From a virus (lineage: Duplodnaviria; Heunggongvirae; Uroviricota; Caudoviricetes), in IMG/VR virus record IMGVR_UViG_2737471864_000010, positions 1 to 41,069 of that record: 41,069 bases of DNA. One strand, given 5' to 3'. Below the pieces are notes generated by a model. It searched no databases. It was given only the letters and a program-made list of their open reading frames with translations, and was not told the DNA's origin. The number at the start of each line of letters is the position of its first letter. The first letter of the stretch is position 1. The translations under genes were made by a program, and so were the position numbers. Shown piece by piece: positions 18,248-27,930 of this stretch.

Positions 18248-20446
18248 TTACTGCTGTGGTTGTTGCTGAGTTGATTTTTGCAGGATGCTGCTGATGTCCA
18301 TGCGCTGCGCATGGCCCTGTGCCTGACTTTTCAGGACAAGCTCTGCATCAGCACGGGCATTATCTCCTTGCTGTTGCTGGAACTGTCCGAGCAGTTTCAG
18401 AGCCTCGCGGATATCAGATTTCTGCTGACTATCGGCAGATGCGAGTATTTTCACAACATTTGCCGCTGCAACCTGAGCATCAGTCTGTGCCTGGAATGCT
18501 TTAACCTGAATGGCTGCCTGTTCGTTCTGCGCTTTCTGCAATTCAGCCTGACCAGCAAGAAGCTGACCTTGCGCAGCAACCATAGCCGGATCTGGCTGAC
18601 TGGCCTGTTGTTGTTTCGCCTGCTCAACCATTTGCTGCTCTTCTGGCGTTCTCGGCTTGATAACCCCAGACAGAAGCAACTGATTGCGGTTGTATTCTTT
18701 AAGGTCGCCCATCCCTTCGCCGTCCATATTGTCGAGAATCATCGACGATACAAGGTCGTGCTTCGGCGTTCCTGGTGGGATAAGTGCCAGCATGGAAAGT
18801 AACGACTTAACCGTTGCATCACGGCGAGTAGCGAACGACTGACCGACATCGACAGTCACTTCATAGTTACCCTGCGAAAGGTCGTTAAGCGCGATAACCC
18901 GCCCTGTCTGACGGTCAACCACTTCACCAGTCATCAGCGCCACGTCATCGCTGCCGTCCTCATTAACGATGCGCATTGGCGTATCGCTGCCATAGACTTC
19001 ACGCGCCATAGAAAGCCACACGACGCCAGCGCGGCGCATGGATTTAGCCATGTTGTCCATGTAGATATAGGACTGCGTGTCCATCCGGTTAAAGATGCTA
19101 TCAACGGTATCGGTAGCGACGTTGCTCGGCATATTCTCAAGCTGCGACGCACCTGTAATTTGCTGAATAGCCGTTCCGGTGTACTGCAATAGCCCGGCAA
19201 GAGCAGGAGGCATTTGTGTCGGAGGTGTATAACTGCTGACCTGAGCCTGCGCAGTAATATCTCCGTTTTTGTTTTTCAGACTGACCATCGGCAGGAACGC
19301 CGGGCGCTTTTTGTTGCGCTCCGCCCAATGAGTGGCAAGAGGACCAGGAATCATGTCAACATCAACTACAGGAATGCCATCGCCGCCAGCCTGAGTGGCG
19401 TTATCTGCAATCATGGAAACCATCAGGTTCTCAAGACGCTGTGCATCCATCGCTTTTGCTGCGTGGCCTTCGATTCGCTCCTGATTATCAACAAATGATC
19501 GACGCCCATATACCGGGATGAGAGGAATATGTTCGCCCGGAATACGCTTCGGTTCTTCCAGCCATTCAGCGCCAGACAGAAGACCGCAATAAACGCGGCG
19601 CTTCTTCACCGTTCGCTCGCCAATCAGTTCGAATGCACCATCGGTCAGCTCGTCGACAATATCTTTGATTTGATCTTCATCATAGATTGCCGTTTCTCCG
19701 CTAACAGGGTTACGCCATGCTGTGAGCTTCACCTTCTCTATGCGAACTTCGTAGTAGCGTCCAACATAGATGGCATCAGGCGTTGACCAGTCATATTGAG
19801 TGCCAGTGTCATCACGAGAAAGGCTTGCCGCGATGGAATCAGGGTATTCAGCCTCGAACGCTTTAGGCGTCATGGAGAACATTTCCATAGCCCACATAGC
19901 ATCAGAGCGGTCATATTGCTTGCTGTCCTGATCGAAGAAGACGCATGTCGCTGGGTCGTAAACAGGAAGAAGGCTGATGCGTCGCTGCTCGTTACTCGGA
20001 TCCATTTCATCTTCGTAATCGGCACACATGCGGAAACAACCGAATCCGCCCGTTACAGCATCATCAAATGCGTTATCACACGCTTCGCCACCGGATGTTT
20101 CCTGATAGTCAGCGCGGAATTTGCCGTTCATCTTTTCGGCTAACGCTTCCGATGCCTTGTCGTCCTTCGGCCTGAATTTAACGCTGATGCGATTCTGTCG
20201 ATACTCTCCAATGATGCGATCACATTCGCGGGCAATCTTATTCAGTTCAAAGCGCGGGTAATGCTCAAACCTTCCTTCATCAAATGAGTAACCAGCGTTT
20301 GTGCTGCCTTCCCACTGTGCGCCGGATACCCGGACGAAACGTTGAGCCTCAATAATCTGCTCACGCATATCCTGCGTTGCCGACCAGGCATTATCAAAGT
20401 TGCACAGCACCTTGCGATGCCAGTCAGTCATCTTTTTTTCTGCCAT
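18248..20446 (-). CDS. Portal protein
   Basis: 732 aa directly downstream of the large terminase gene; Gln-rich C-terminal tail typical of P22-like portals. Confidence 0.85.
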   Translation of the reverse strand: MAEKKMTDWHRKVLCNFDNAWSATQDMREQIIEAQRFVRVSGAQWEGSTNAGYSFDEGRFEHYPRFELNKIARECDRIIGEYRQNRISVKFRPKDDKASEALAEKMNGKFRADYQETSGGEACDNAFDDAVTGGFGCFRMCADYEDEMDPSNEQRRISLLPVYDPATCVFFDQDSKQYDRSDAMWAMEMFSMTPKAFEAEYPDSIAASLSRDDTGTQYDWSTPDAIYVGRYYEVRIEKVKLTAWRNPVSGETAIYDEDQIKDIVDELTDGAFELIGERTVKKRRVYCGLLSGAEWLEEPKRIPGEHIPLIPVYGRRSFVDNQERIEGHAAKAMDAQRLENLMVSMIADNATQAGGDGIPVVDVDMIPGPLATHWAERNKKRPAFLPMVSLKNKNGDITAQAQVSSYTPPTQMPPALAGLLQYTGTAIQQITGASQLENMPSNVATDTVDSIFNRMDTQSYIYMDNMAKSMRRAGVVWLSMAREVYGSDTPMRIVNEDGSDDVALMTGEVVDRQTGRVIALNDLSQGNYEVTVDVGQSFATRRDATVKSLLSMLALIPPGTPKHDLVSSMILDNMDGEGMGDLKEYNRNQLLLSGVIKPRTPEEQQMVEQAKQQQASQPDPAMVAAQGQLLAGQAELQKAQNEQAAIQVKAFQAQTDAQVAAANVVKILASADSQQKSDIREALKLLGQFQQQQGDNARADAELVLKSQAQGHAQRMDISSILQKSTQQQPQQ

Positions 20447-20447
20447 A

Positions 20448-21863
20448 TCAACCTACACCACAAGGAATTGAGTAACTGGAATAGTCGGGTTGCGCAGCCG
20501 ACTCCGGGCAATGCATACACATCATCAGCGCATCAGCCAGGTTAGGAGATGGAATACCGAGCTTCTGCTTCATTTCGACCTTAGTCATTAGCTCCAGCTT
20601 CCCGTTGTTATTGAATTTGCGCTGAATCTGCGTAAGTTCTGCAAACAGCTTCTCCAGCATCTTCTCGCCTATTGCTTCTTTGTCGAAACTCAGCATGTCG
20701 TCGGGGTCTGCATACTCACCGTGGACAACCGCCCGATATGTCAGATACAGCCTGTCAGCCAGCGCGTAATAGAATTGCGCTCGCTTATTGCGGAATACAT
20801 CGCCAATAGTACGAACGTTGTCGCCCTGTACGACTTCATCGGCCCATGCTCCGGCCTGATATGGTGCATCTTCATCGAATGGCGATTCGCTGCCCTTGAA
20901 CATCGTGGCGGTGATTTTCTTGCCGGAGAACGCTTCCGTTGTCTGTCTGCGTAGCCCCGCACCAACACCATCACCATCCCACAGGTAATGGTCAGCGCCG
21001 TCTTCAATCGCCAGCGAAGTAGCCCAGTCAGCACCCTCGTTGATGTCCATCAGCAGACCTTCGGCAATGCGCTTAACCACCGAACCGTGACGCGATGCGT
21101 AACCTTTAGCATCCGGCCCTGTATCTGACGGGTCATGTGCAGAAACAACCGCGCCTTTCGCTTTCCATCCGAGTTTCTTGTGCGCATCGGTTGCGGCTTC
21201 AAGCCATTCACGTTTGATGATTGCCATATCACTTGCGCTTACTGGCTCACCAAGCCAGATGTGACGATACAGTGTCGGATTTCTGCGTTTACACTCTTCC
21301 ATCTCCAGACGGAGAACTTCAGGAAAATGCGGGTTGTCGGTGTAGTTCACCGTCAGCAGGCAAATATCATCGGGAGGATTTACAACGAACCGCTGATAGG
21401 TATCGTCGAGGATGTTTTTCGGGTTGAAGCTCACCCATATTTCAGAGAACGGCTTACGGATGGTTGGTATCAGGATATCCCACGATTCCTTTGTTACCGC
21501 TTCCGCTTCTTCCACCCAGCAGATATCAATGCCTTCTAGCGATTTAATCTTCGTCGGGTTGTTTTTGATGCCGTAGAACATGAACTCAGCATTCGTTCCG
21601 AGATGACGAATCATGGAACGCTGAATTTCAAACTCAGCCGAATACCCTTCACGCTCGATAGTGTCTTCAAGCAACCGGATTACCGAATCGCTGATACTGT
21701 TTTGCAGTTCACGAGCGCAAAGTATGCGCACAGGCTGCCGACGCGCCGCTTCAACAAGCAGCCTCGCAATTGCCCATGACTTACCGCTACCTCGACCGCC
21801 TTTGGCGACTTTGTAGCGATGCGCCTCAATGAACGGTTCAAAGATAGGATTAATCGAGGTCAT
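20448..21863 (-). CDS. Terminase large subunit
   Basis: 471 aa; Walker A GGRGSGKS near the N-terminus; overlaps the small-subunit gene by 4 nt. Confidence 0.9.
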   Translation of the reverse strand: MTSINPIFEPFIEAHRYKVAKGGRGSGKSWAIARLLVEAARRQPVRILCARELQNSISDSVIRLLEDTIEREGYSAEFEIQRSMIRHLGTNAEFMFYGIKNNPTKIKSLEGIDICWVEEAEAVTKESWDILIPTIRKPFSEIWVSFNPKNILDDTYQRFVVNPPDDICLLTVNYTDNPHFPEVLRLEMEECKRRNPTLYRHIWLGEPVSASDMAIIKREWLEAATDAHKKLGWKAKGAVVSAHDPSDTGPDAKGYASRHGSVVKRIAEGLLMDINEGADWATSLAIEDGADHYLWDGDGVGAGLRRQTTEAFSGKKITATMFKGSESPFDEDAPYQAGAWADEVVQGDNVRTIGDVFRNKRAQFYYALADRLYLTYRAVVHGEYADPDDMLSFDKEAIGEKMLEKLFAELTQIQRKFNNNGKLELMTKVEMKQKLGIPSPNLADALMMCMHCPESAAQPDYSSYSIPCGVG

Positions 21864-22282
21864 TTTCCGAACAGAGTGCTCATCGGTGATGTTTCAATCT
21901 GAATTGCGCCGCCGTCCTTACCGACAAGCTCGTTAGTTACCTTGTCGCCATACTTACGGGGATTCATTCGGGCCAGCGCCCATTTGCGGGTATCAACGCG
22001 AAGTCTTGCCTTTGCCACTTCAGCAGCATCTGGAATCGCATTGTCAGCAATTTCGAATATCTCTTCGAAAATAGAATCAGCTCGTGCCTCAGTTGCCTTC
22101 GCGTACTTGTCGCGAAAATCCTCATGCTTTGCCAACCAGCGGAAAACAGTGGACTTATCCGGCATACCAGGACGCTTACATACTTTCAGCAAACTTTCGC
22201 CAGAAGAAAGCAACGAGCAGATATCGTCAGCCACCTCCGGCATATAATCAGAGGGGCGACCAGCTTTTGGTTCAGTCGCCAT
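21860..22282 (-). CDS. Terminase small subunit (Sf6 gp1-like)
   Basis: 140 aa MATEPKAGRPSDYMPEVADDICSLL… with a helix-turn-helix-like N-terminus; immediately upstream of the large subunit. Confidence 0.8.
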   Translation of the reverse strand: MATEPKAGRPSDYMPEVADDICSLLSSGESLLKVCKRPGMPDKSTVFRWLAKHEDFRDKYAKATEARADSIFEEIFEIADNAIPDAAEVAKARLRVDTRKWALARMNPRKYGDKVTNELVGKDGGAIQIETSPMSTLFGK

Positions 22283-22494
22283 ATTTATCTCACTTAATTG
22301 TCATTTCAGGCTGAGGACTCTTTCGCGCCTTCAATCAGTGACTGCTTCAGCAATTCGAGTGTGCCAATCGCCTCGCATAAACTGATTTCACCATCGTAAT
22401 CATGGATGACGCTTTCCAGCCTCTCGTATAGCTCTTGAGTAATTGGGAATTTCTTCTCCTTACCAAGATCAACGACGCTTGTCATAGAGGATTC

Positions 22495-22782
22495 CTATAA
22501 TTTTGAATATCCAGACTCAAATACCTCAGCAGGAGAATATGATTCATATCCATCCTCATAGACAACGTAATAGCCTCCAGACATTGGTCGGTGCTTACAG
22601 ATATATTCCGCGCTAACATCAAATGCTGCGTATTTCTTATCATCCGGATGAATAATTGCCCCATAACTAGAAGAGCCAGTCTTACCAGACTGATCTGGGT
22701 TTGGCTTATGTTCTATAGAGCCAATCTTCATGGCGCGAACTTTTTTGTGGCACTGGTATCTCGGCATTTCTTGTTCAGTCAT
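22495..22782 (-). CDS. Hypothetical phage protein
   Basis: 95-aa ORF between the Rha-like gene and terminase; no family recognised. Confidence 0.4.
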   Translation of the reverse strand: MTEQEMPRYQCHKKVRAMKIGSIEHKPNPDQSGKTGSSSYGAIIHPDDKKYAAFDVSAEYICKHRPMSGGYYVVYEDGYESYSPAEVFESGYSKL

Positions 22783-22785
22783 CTC

Positions 22786-23028
22786 TTACACTCCGGTAGT
22801 GAACAGGTCTAACGCTTCCTTCGATTTACGCACCGCTTCGATAGTGCGCGTCGTGATATCTGAATTAGCGCCGCCTGACTGGAAGTGAATTTTGAATAGC
22901 TCAAGCTTCAGCTCGTCAGTGCCAATGAACTGAAATGCTTCTTCTGCGGCTGCGTTCTGGTTCATGACCAGTTTGTAAATCTCTAACTGGAATTTCTGTT
23001 CTTCAGTCATGGGAATAATCTCTGCCAT
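22786..23028 (-). CDS. Hypothetical phage protein
   Basis: 80-aa ORF tightly packed with neighbours on the same strand. Confidence 0.4.
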   Translation of the reverse strand: MAEIIPMTEEQKFQLEIYKLVMNQNAAAEEAFQFIGTDELKLELFKIHFQSGGANSDITTRTIEAVRKSKEALDLFTTGV

Positions 23029-23131
23029 TGTTGGCTCCGTTTATCCGTTAAAAGGGATATCAGTTAAGTTATCCCGTGTAGGGTATAAGCCATTATCAAA
23101 GCCACTCTGTAGGGAATGGCTTTTGTAATAA

Positions 23132-23503
23132 CTACTGTTCGCTTAGCTTCTGCTTCAGCAAGTAACCTTCGAGCATCCAGATTTTGTTTACAGCATTCTG
23201 CCGGGCAATCTTCCGACCAATTTCTGCATCAAAATTTTCCGGACTTGCACAGGCACTCTCTCCGGTGACGGTGAAGCCGTTGCGCAGCACCAGGACGCAG
23301 AACGTCAGCAGAGAAAGTGATTCGTGCGGCTGGTAGTTTACCTCTCCGCCAGTATGTTTCGCTTTTATGGCTTTGCCAAAGGCACCATCCTCTGCTGTGA
23401 AATATGCCTCCTGAGCAATAATGCCTTCGATATGGTCTGGCGTAACGCGCGGTGCCGTTTTGCCTTTCTCAACGATTTCTTTTTCGATTTGCTGGTCGTT
23501 CAT
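23132..23503 (-). CDS. Conserved phage protein, possibly N4 gp49 / Sf6 gp66 family
   Basis: 123 aa; family assignment is from memory and tentative. Confidence 0.45.
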   Translation of the reverse strand: MNDQQIEKEIVEKGKTAPRVTPDHIEGIIAQEAYFTAEDGAFGKAIKAKHTGGEVNYQPHESLSLLTFCVLVLRNGFTVTGESACASPENFDAEIGRKIARQNAVNKIWMLEGYLLKQKLSEQ

Positions 23504-23661
23504 AATTATGACCCTGTAGAGTGGTTGCTTGATTAGGATGTCTTTCCATCAGTCCGCCACCACAAAGAATCTTTTTTGCCAGAAGACTGGAGGTTCATCT
23601 TTCAGTGGCTGCCAGTGTTATTTCCCCACTTACTGGCTTGGGTTGTTTCGCTGTACTGCCG

Positions 23662-24204
23662 TTAATTGATGAGTCCGGGGATTACGGTTTGCCCGTGCTG
23701 TTCAAGGCGTTCAATTCTAGCCATCAGCTGTGGCTTCTTAATTTTGCCCCAGCGATTTAGCAGGCGACCTGACATGCTGGCAACATCCTTCTCTTTCATG
23801 TACTCCAGCATTACGGCATTTCTCTCTTCTTCAAATTGACGATGACCAACCTGAAGCATGGCGTACATCCAGTTAAATGCGTTGATGTAAGCAATTTTGA
23901 TACGCATTGCTTCTTTTTTGGTGTAGGACATAACCAAAAGCATCAACCCATCCTTGCGGAGACGGTAGAATTTTTGCGGCTTACCATTCTGTAACTCATT
24001 GTTTTTATAGCAAAGCTCAAAGTTGAGCTTTGTATCAAACTCAGGAGGGCAAGCTTCTATGGTTCGCTCAATGTCACGAACCACGTTCTTCGGCAGCTTT
24101 CCAAATGCTTTTGCCACCATAAAAGAATCTGTAACCGGATCGTTGTTTGCCACAAAAATCAGTTCTCGGAAATCGATGCCGTTAACGATAGTTGGATAAT
24201 TCAT
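23662..24204 (-). CDS. Rha-family phage regulatory protein
   Basis: 180 aa; N-terminal …VAKAFGKLPKNVVRDIERTIE fits the Rha motif; located after the lysis genes as in P22-like phages. Confidence 0.55.
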   Translation of the reverse strand: MNYPTIVNGIDFRELIFVANNDPVTDSFMVAKAFGKLPKNVVRDIERTIEACPPEFDTKLNFELCYKNNELQNGKPQKFYRLRKDGLMLLVMSYTKKEAMRIKIAYINAFNWMYAMLQVGHRQFEEERNAVMLEYMKEKDVASMSGRLLNRWGKIKKPQLMARIERLEQHGQTVIPGLIN

Positions 24205-24349
24205 CAGTGCTCACCTTTTAGTGATGAACCTTGTCACACAGGATTCCGGCCCACAGAAAGGCACCGATAACCAAACCGGCATCCTCAAGGGTCATCCTGA
24301 AAGGTTCTGTGTTCATAAGTCGCGCGTGTGAAGCGCGTTTACTGCGGAC

Positions 24350-24376
24350 ATAAAAAAGCCCCGCATCGCGAGGCTC
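24350..24376 (-). terminator. Candidate intrinsic terminator downstream of Rz/Rz1
   Basis: Minus strand GCCTCGC-GAT-GCGGGGC followed by TTTTTT; one stem mismatch. Confidence 0.5.
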
Positions 24377-24406
24377 ATTAAATTGACTTTGTGATTTGCA
24401 AAAAAA

Positions 24407-24856
24407 TTATTTCAGGCATTGCGTCCTGATGTACTCCTGCAGGTAGTTAACCTGCGCGGTTATCTTGTCGATTCCACTTCGGAGACGGTAATAATTGAGT
24501 TCAGCATCTGCTGTAAGTCCTGGGCTTTCTCCATCGCCCATGCTGCTGGCTCCGGTCGTTGACTTTGCACAGGTGGCGGCGACTTGCAGGCGCTTACGCC
24601 CAGCAGAAACATCAGCACGGAGACTTTCGATAGTCGCGTTAGCATCAGCAAGCTCCTTTGTGTATCTGGCGTCGAGTTCAGCTACATCACGTTGACGCTT
24701 CTGCATATCAGAGATGATAGATGTGGCTTTATCGCGCTGGTCTTTGTAGGCGATGGCATTATCACGGTAATGATTGACCGCCCACGACAGGCAGACGATG
24801 ATGCAGATAACCAGAGCGGAGATAATCGCGGTTACTCTGCTCATTGTTGCCCCCAC
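24407..24856 (-). CDS. Rz-type i-spanin
   Basis: 149 aa with N-terminal transmembrane segment and helical periplasmic domain; follows the endolysin gene. Confidence 0.75.
   Translation of the reverse strand: MGATMSRVTAIISALVICIIVCLSWAVNHYRDNAIAYKDQRDKATSIISDMQKRQRDVAELDARYTKELADANATIESLRADVSAGRKRLQVAATCAKSTTGASSMGDGESPGLTADAELNYYRLRSGIDKITAQVNYLQEYIRTQCLK
24460..24651 (-). CDS. Rz1-type o-spanin lipoprotein, embedded in the +1 frame of Rz
   Basis: 63 aa; signal peptide with lipobox VSAC followed by a Pro-rich mature region. Confidence 0.7.
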   Translation of the reverse strand: MLMLTRLSKVSVLMFLLGVSACKSPPPVQSQRPEPAAWAMEKAQDLQQMLNSIITVSEVESTR

Positions 24857-25344
24857 AAACAGACTTCACGCTCAATCTCACGACGAGTCATCAGGCCTTT
24901 CCATTGCTTACCGCCAGCGTATGTCCAGCGACGTAGCTGGTCACATGCGCCTTTGATATCGCCCTGGTTTATTTTGCGAAGAAGCGTCGATGTTCTGAAA
25001 TTGCCAGCACCCACGTTGTAGACGAACGAGTAAAGAGCGCCGCGCGTTGTTTCCGGTATATCAACTTTTATGTACGGGTTAATTTGTCTGGCGACCGTGG
25101 CAAGGTCTTTATTCAGGAGGGCTTTGCATTCTGCTTCGGTATACGTTTTACCGAGCATAATGTCTTTTCCGGTGTGTCCGTGACATACAGTCCATACACC
25201 AACGATATCTTTGTATGGTATGTAGCTGACACCTTCCAAACCATCGTTACCACTTGGTCCAGTGATTAACACAGATGCTATAGCAATAGCCCCGCCACTT
25301 ATCGCCGCTATTACGCTATTTCGTAGTGCCGGTGACATTGCCAT
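24841..25344 (-). CDS. SAR endolysin (T4-lysozyme-type muramidase with N-terminal signal-arrest-release domain)
   Basis: 167 aa; Gly/Ala-rich weakly hydrophobic N-terminus followed by an E-x8-D-x5-T catalytic arrangement (…[24 protein letters not shown]…). Confidence 0.85.
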   Translation of the reverse strand: MAMSPALRNSVIAAISGGAIAIASVLITGPSGNDGLEGVSYIPYKDIVGVWTVCHGHTGKDIMLGKTYTEAECKALLNKDLATVARQINPYIKVDIPETTRGALYSFVYNVGAGNFRTSTLLRKINQGDIKGACDQLRRWTYAGGKQWKGLMTRREIEREVCLWGQQ

Positions 25345-25519
25345 TCAATCTGTCCTCGCGCTCTTTGCGCTTGTAGTACCAGTTGATGCCAAATGTGCCG
25401 ACAGTACAAAGAATACCAATGATGACAGCCCAGTCATTCAGGGAGAGAATGCCACCCATCGCAGTCAGTCCTCCGAAGCTGTAACTGAACCATTCTCTGA
25501 TTTTGTCCATACGGTACAT
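25316..25519 (-). CDS. Holin (pinholin-like, two transmembrane segments) with dual-start motif
   Basis: 67 aa beginning MYRMDK (two Met codons separated by Tyr-Arg); two hydrophobic segments; immediately upstream of the SAR endolysin. Confidence 0.7.
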   Translation of the reverse strand: MYRMDKIREWFSYSFGGLTAMGGILSLNDWAVIIGILCTVGTFGINWYYKRKEREDRLNGNVTGTTK

Positions 25520-25860
25520 GCTCTACCCCTTCATTGAGGGGATTTGCTCTATTTAATTAGGAATAAGGTCGATTACTGATAGAACAAATCCAGGCTACTG
25601 TGTTTAGTAATCAGATTTGTTCGTGACCGATATGCACGGGCAAAACGGCAGGAGGTTGTTAGCGCAGCCTCTTGCCACCCGCTTTCACGAAGATCATGTG
25701 TAGAAGGCCGCAGCATAACTATCACTGATGAATTCAGGATAGCCAGTGGCTACGGCTCAGTTTGGGTTGTGCTGTTGCTGGGCGGCGATGACGCCTGTAC
25801 GCATTTGGTGATCCGGTTCTGCTTCCGGCATTCGCTTAATTCAGCACAACGGAAAGAGCA

Positions 25861-26330
25861 TTTATGGCTCGCATCGCGGGAAAAAGCCCACGGTAGAGAG
25901 TCGAACTCTACAAATACTCTTACCTGTTGTGCGCTCCGTTTCGTGGAGCTAACGGCGACGCTAGTACCGGTCTATGCGTCGCACCCTTGAGGGATTTACT
26001 AAGGCGACATGCCCGTTGTTACCCACTCAATTGGACCCTCCCCGTCGCCATCTGGGTCTAGTCAGGAATCGAACCTGCCGAGGGTACATTTGAATGGGTG
26101 CCCATTATTAATCACACCGGGCCAGTGCGCCGAATTTGGTAGCGGGGAGTCGGAAGACCCCGTGATTTTGGTTTCTTAGGCCGCCATCAACATCAAATCA
26201 TCGTTTGCATTTATCTTTGTGGTCAGTTTCTAAAAACCCGCAAAGTCGACAACTCTGACGAAAACTATCGTTGTGCTGCCACAACGATAAGAGCACTCGG
26301 TGCATTTAAGCCAAGCCCCATAAGGGAGAA
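25861..26330. other. Structured non-coding segment of about 470 bp between tR' and the holin, with a tRNA-like T-arm motif and terminator-like hairpins; appears inserted relative to the lambda arrangement I recall
   Basis: No ORF of 60 aa or more; contains GGCAGGTTCGATTCCTGAC on the minus strand, a 10-bp perfect inverted repeat TATCGTTGTG/CACAACGATA, and copies of CTCTTACCTGTT at about 25917 and 26333. Confidence 0.4.
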
Positions 26331-26352
26331 TGCTCTTACCTGTTACACAGAT

Positions 26353-26412
26353 ATAAAAAATCCCGAAACCGTTATGCAGGCTCTAACTATTACCTGCGAA
26401 CTGTTTCGGGAT
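26353..26412 (-). terminator. tR'-like terminator of the short late-leader (6S-type) transcript
   Basis: Long hairpin CCCGAAAC…GTTTCGGG followed by TTTTTT on the minus strand; matches lambda tR' as recalled. Confidence 0.7.
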
Positions 26413-26543
26413 TGCATTTTACAGACCTCTCAGCCTGCGATGGTTGGAGTTCCAGACGATACGTCGAAGTGACCAACTAGGCGGAATCGGTAGTAAGCGC
26501 CGCCTCTTTTTATCTCACTACCACAACGAGCGAATTAACCCAT

Positions 26544-27035
26544 CTATCCCATACTGGAGAATTCACCATGATATTTTATCCTGGCATTTTCCATTGCCTT
26601 TCTCGCCTCCTCGATATCGTCAAAACACCCTACATGAATCCTTTTACCATTGACCCTAATTCTTCCAACCCACTTGTTTGCAGCAGAATTAAAAGTCACC
26701 CCCTTCACACCAGATGAATTGTTTTTCCTCATCTTGCTGTTCCATGAGTTTTGAGTGTTAGTAACAACACGAAGATTGGCTATCCGGTTATCAGATCTAT
26801 CACCATTAATATGGTCAATCACATCGGTTGGCCAATCATTGTAAACCATCAGCCATGCAATTCTATGGACATATAGCCGCATTCCATAAAGTTTTACCTG
26901 CAGATATCCATTTGTTTTATAGCCAACAACAGCGCCATAGATAAATCTAGATGACCGAGGTGGATTCTTCCATGTAAGAATTCCAGTATCTGGATTGTAA
27001 TTAAAAAGTCTCAATGCATCTTCACGTTTTAACAT
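26544..27035 (-). CDS. HNH homing endonuclease with AP2-like domain (paralog 2 of 3), located inside the pR'-tR' leader
   Basis: 163 aa; NYNPDTG, HRIAW, DHINGDRSDNRIANLR, GVKGV…KYHGEF. Confidence 0.75.
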   Translation of the reverse strand: MLKREDALRLFNYNPDTGILTWKNPPRSSRFIYGAVVGYKTNGYLQVKLYGMRLYVHRIAWLMVYNDWPTDVIDHINGDRSDNRIANLRVVTNTQNSWNSKMRKNNSSGVKGVTFNSAANKWVGRIRVNGKRIHVGCFDDIEEARKAMENARIKYHGEFSSMG

Positions 27036-27235
27036 AGGCGAACCACATAGATATTAGAGCCTGCTGACATAGAAATATCACCACGAGAGAAGTCGCCAAA
27101 AGCGATATTTCTCAGGCTCTATTCCTATGTGCTCTCGAGTTTATGATGCGCATGTCAGTGCGCTTAGAACTTAAAGATGAGGTGGGTAAAAACTGAAAGA
27201 ATGTGAACGGATATAAATCTGCCATTCTTGGGTCA

Positions 27236-27264
27236 AATTTACCCAACTTTATTCAAAAAGTCAA
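27236..27264 (-). promoter_or_regulatory. Late promoter pR' (-35 TTGACT, 17-bp spacer, -10 TAAATT) with the start of the Q-utilisation region
   Basis: Minus strand TTGACTTTTTGAATAAAGTTGGGTAAATTTGAC…, near-identical to lambda pR' as recalled, about 40 bp downstream of Q. Confidence 0.7.
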
Positions 27265-27306
27265 TATTATGCCGTTAATATGTTGCCATCCGTGGCAATC
27301 ATGCAG

Positions 27307-27930
27307 CTAACGTGTGACCGCATTCAAAATGTTGTCTGCGATTGACTCTTCTTTGTGGCATTGCACCACCAGAGCATCATACAGCGGCTTAACAGTGCGT
27401 GACCAGGTGGGTTGAGTAAGGTTTGGGATTAGCATCGTTACAGCGCGATATGCGGCGCTTGCTGGCATTCTTGAATAGCCGACACCTTTGCATCTTCCGC
27501 ACTCTTTCTCAACAACTCTCCCCCACTGCTCTGTTTTGGCTATATCAACCGCACGGCCTGTACCGTGGCAATCTCTGCATCTTGCGCCCGGCGTCGCGGC
27601 ACTACGGCAATAATCCGCATAAGCGAATGTTGCGAGCACTTGCAGTACCTTTGCCTTAGTATTTCCTTCAAGCTTTGCCACGCCACGGTATTTCCCCGAT
27701 ACCTTGTGTGCAAATTGCATCAGATAGTTGATAGCCTTTTGTTTGTCATTCTGGCTGAGTTCATGCTTACCGCAGAATGCAGCCATTCCGAATCCGGCTT
27801 GTGATTGCGCCATCCCCATAGCAGCCATCACATCAGTACCGGAAAGAGAGTCAGAAGCCGTGGCCCGTGGTGAGTCGCTCATCATCGGGCTTTTTGGCGA
27901 ATGAAATTTAGCTACGCTTTCGAGTCTCAT
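27307..27930 (-). CDS. Q: Late-gene antiterminator Q (lambda Q type)
   Basis: 207 aa MRLESVAKFHSPKSPMMSDSPRATASDSLSGTDVMAAMGMAQSQAGFGMAAF…, which I recognise as essentially lambda Q. Confidence 0.9.
   Translation of the reverse strand: MRLESVAKFHSPKSPMMSDSPRATASDSLSGTDVMAAMGMAQSQAGFGMAAFCGKHELSQNDKQKAINYLMQFAHKVSGKYRGVAKLEGNTKAKVLQVLATFAYADYCRSAATPGARCRDCHGTGRAVDIAKTEQWGRVVEKECGRCKGVGYSRMPASAAYRAVTMLIPNLTQPTWSRTVKPLYDALVVQCHKEESIADNILNAVTR

Noticed and set aside
22310-22485. 58-codon ORF between the terminase small-subunit gene and the 95-aa hypothetical gene (also a 55-codon ORF at about 39103..39270 and a 48-codon ORF at about 33678..33824)
   Set aside because: All are below the track cutoff and rest on my hand reading, which proved unreliable by one base in places; plausible small genes but not supported well enough to list as features.
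24204-24300. Short hydrophobic ORF (25-32 codons) between the Rha-like gene and Rz
   Set aside because: Start codon ambiguous, no convincing ribosome-binding site, and it sits next to a terminator-like hairpin.
26040-26110. Possible intact tRNA gene on the minus strand (T-loop GGTTCGATTCC-like motif)
   Set aside because: I could not assemble a full cloverleaf: no matching acceptor stem at tRNA-compatible spacing (the nearest candidate implies about 107 nt) and no CCA end. Kept only as a tRNA-like fragment within the structured segment.
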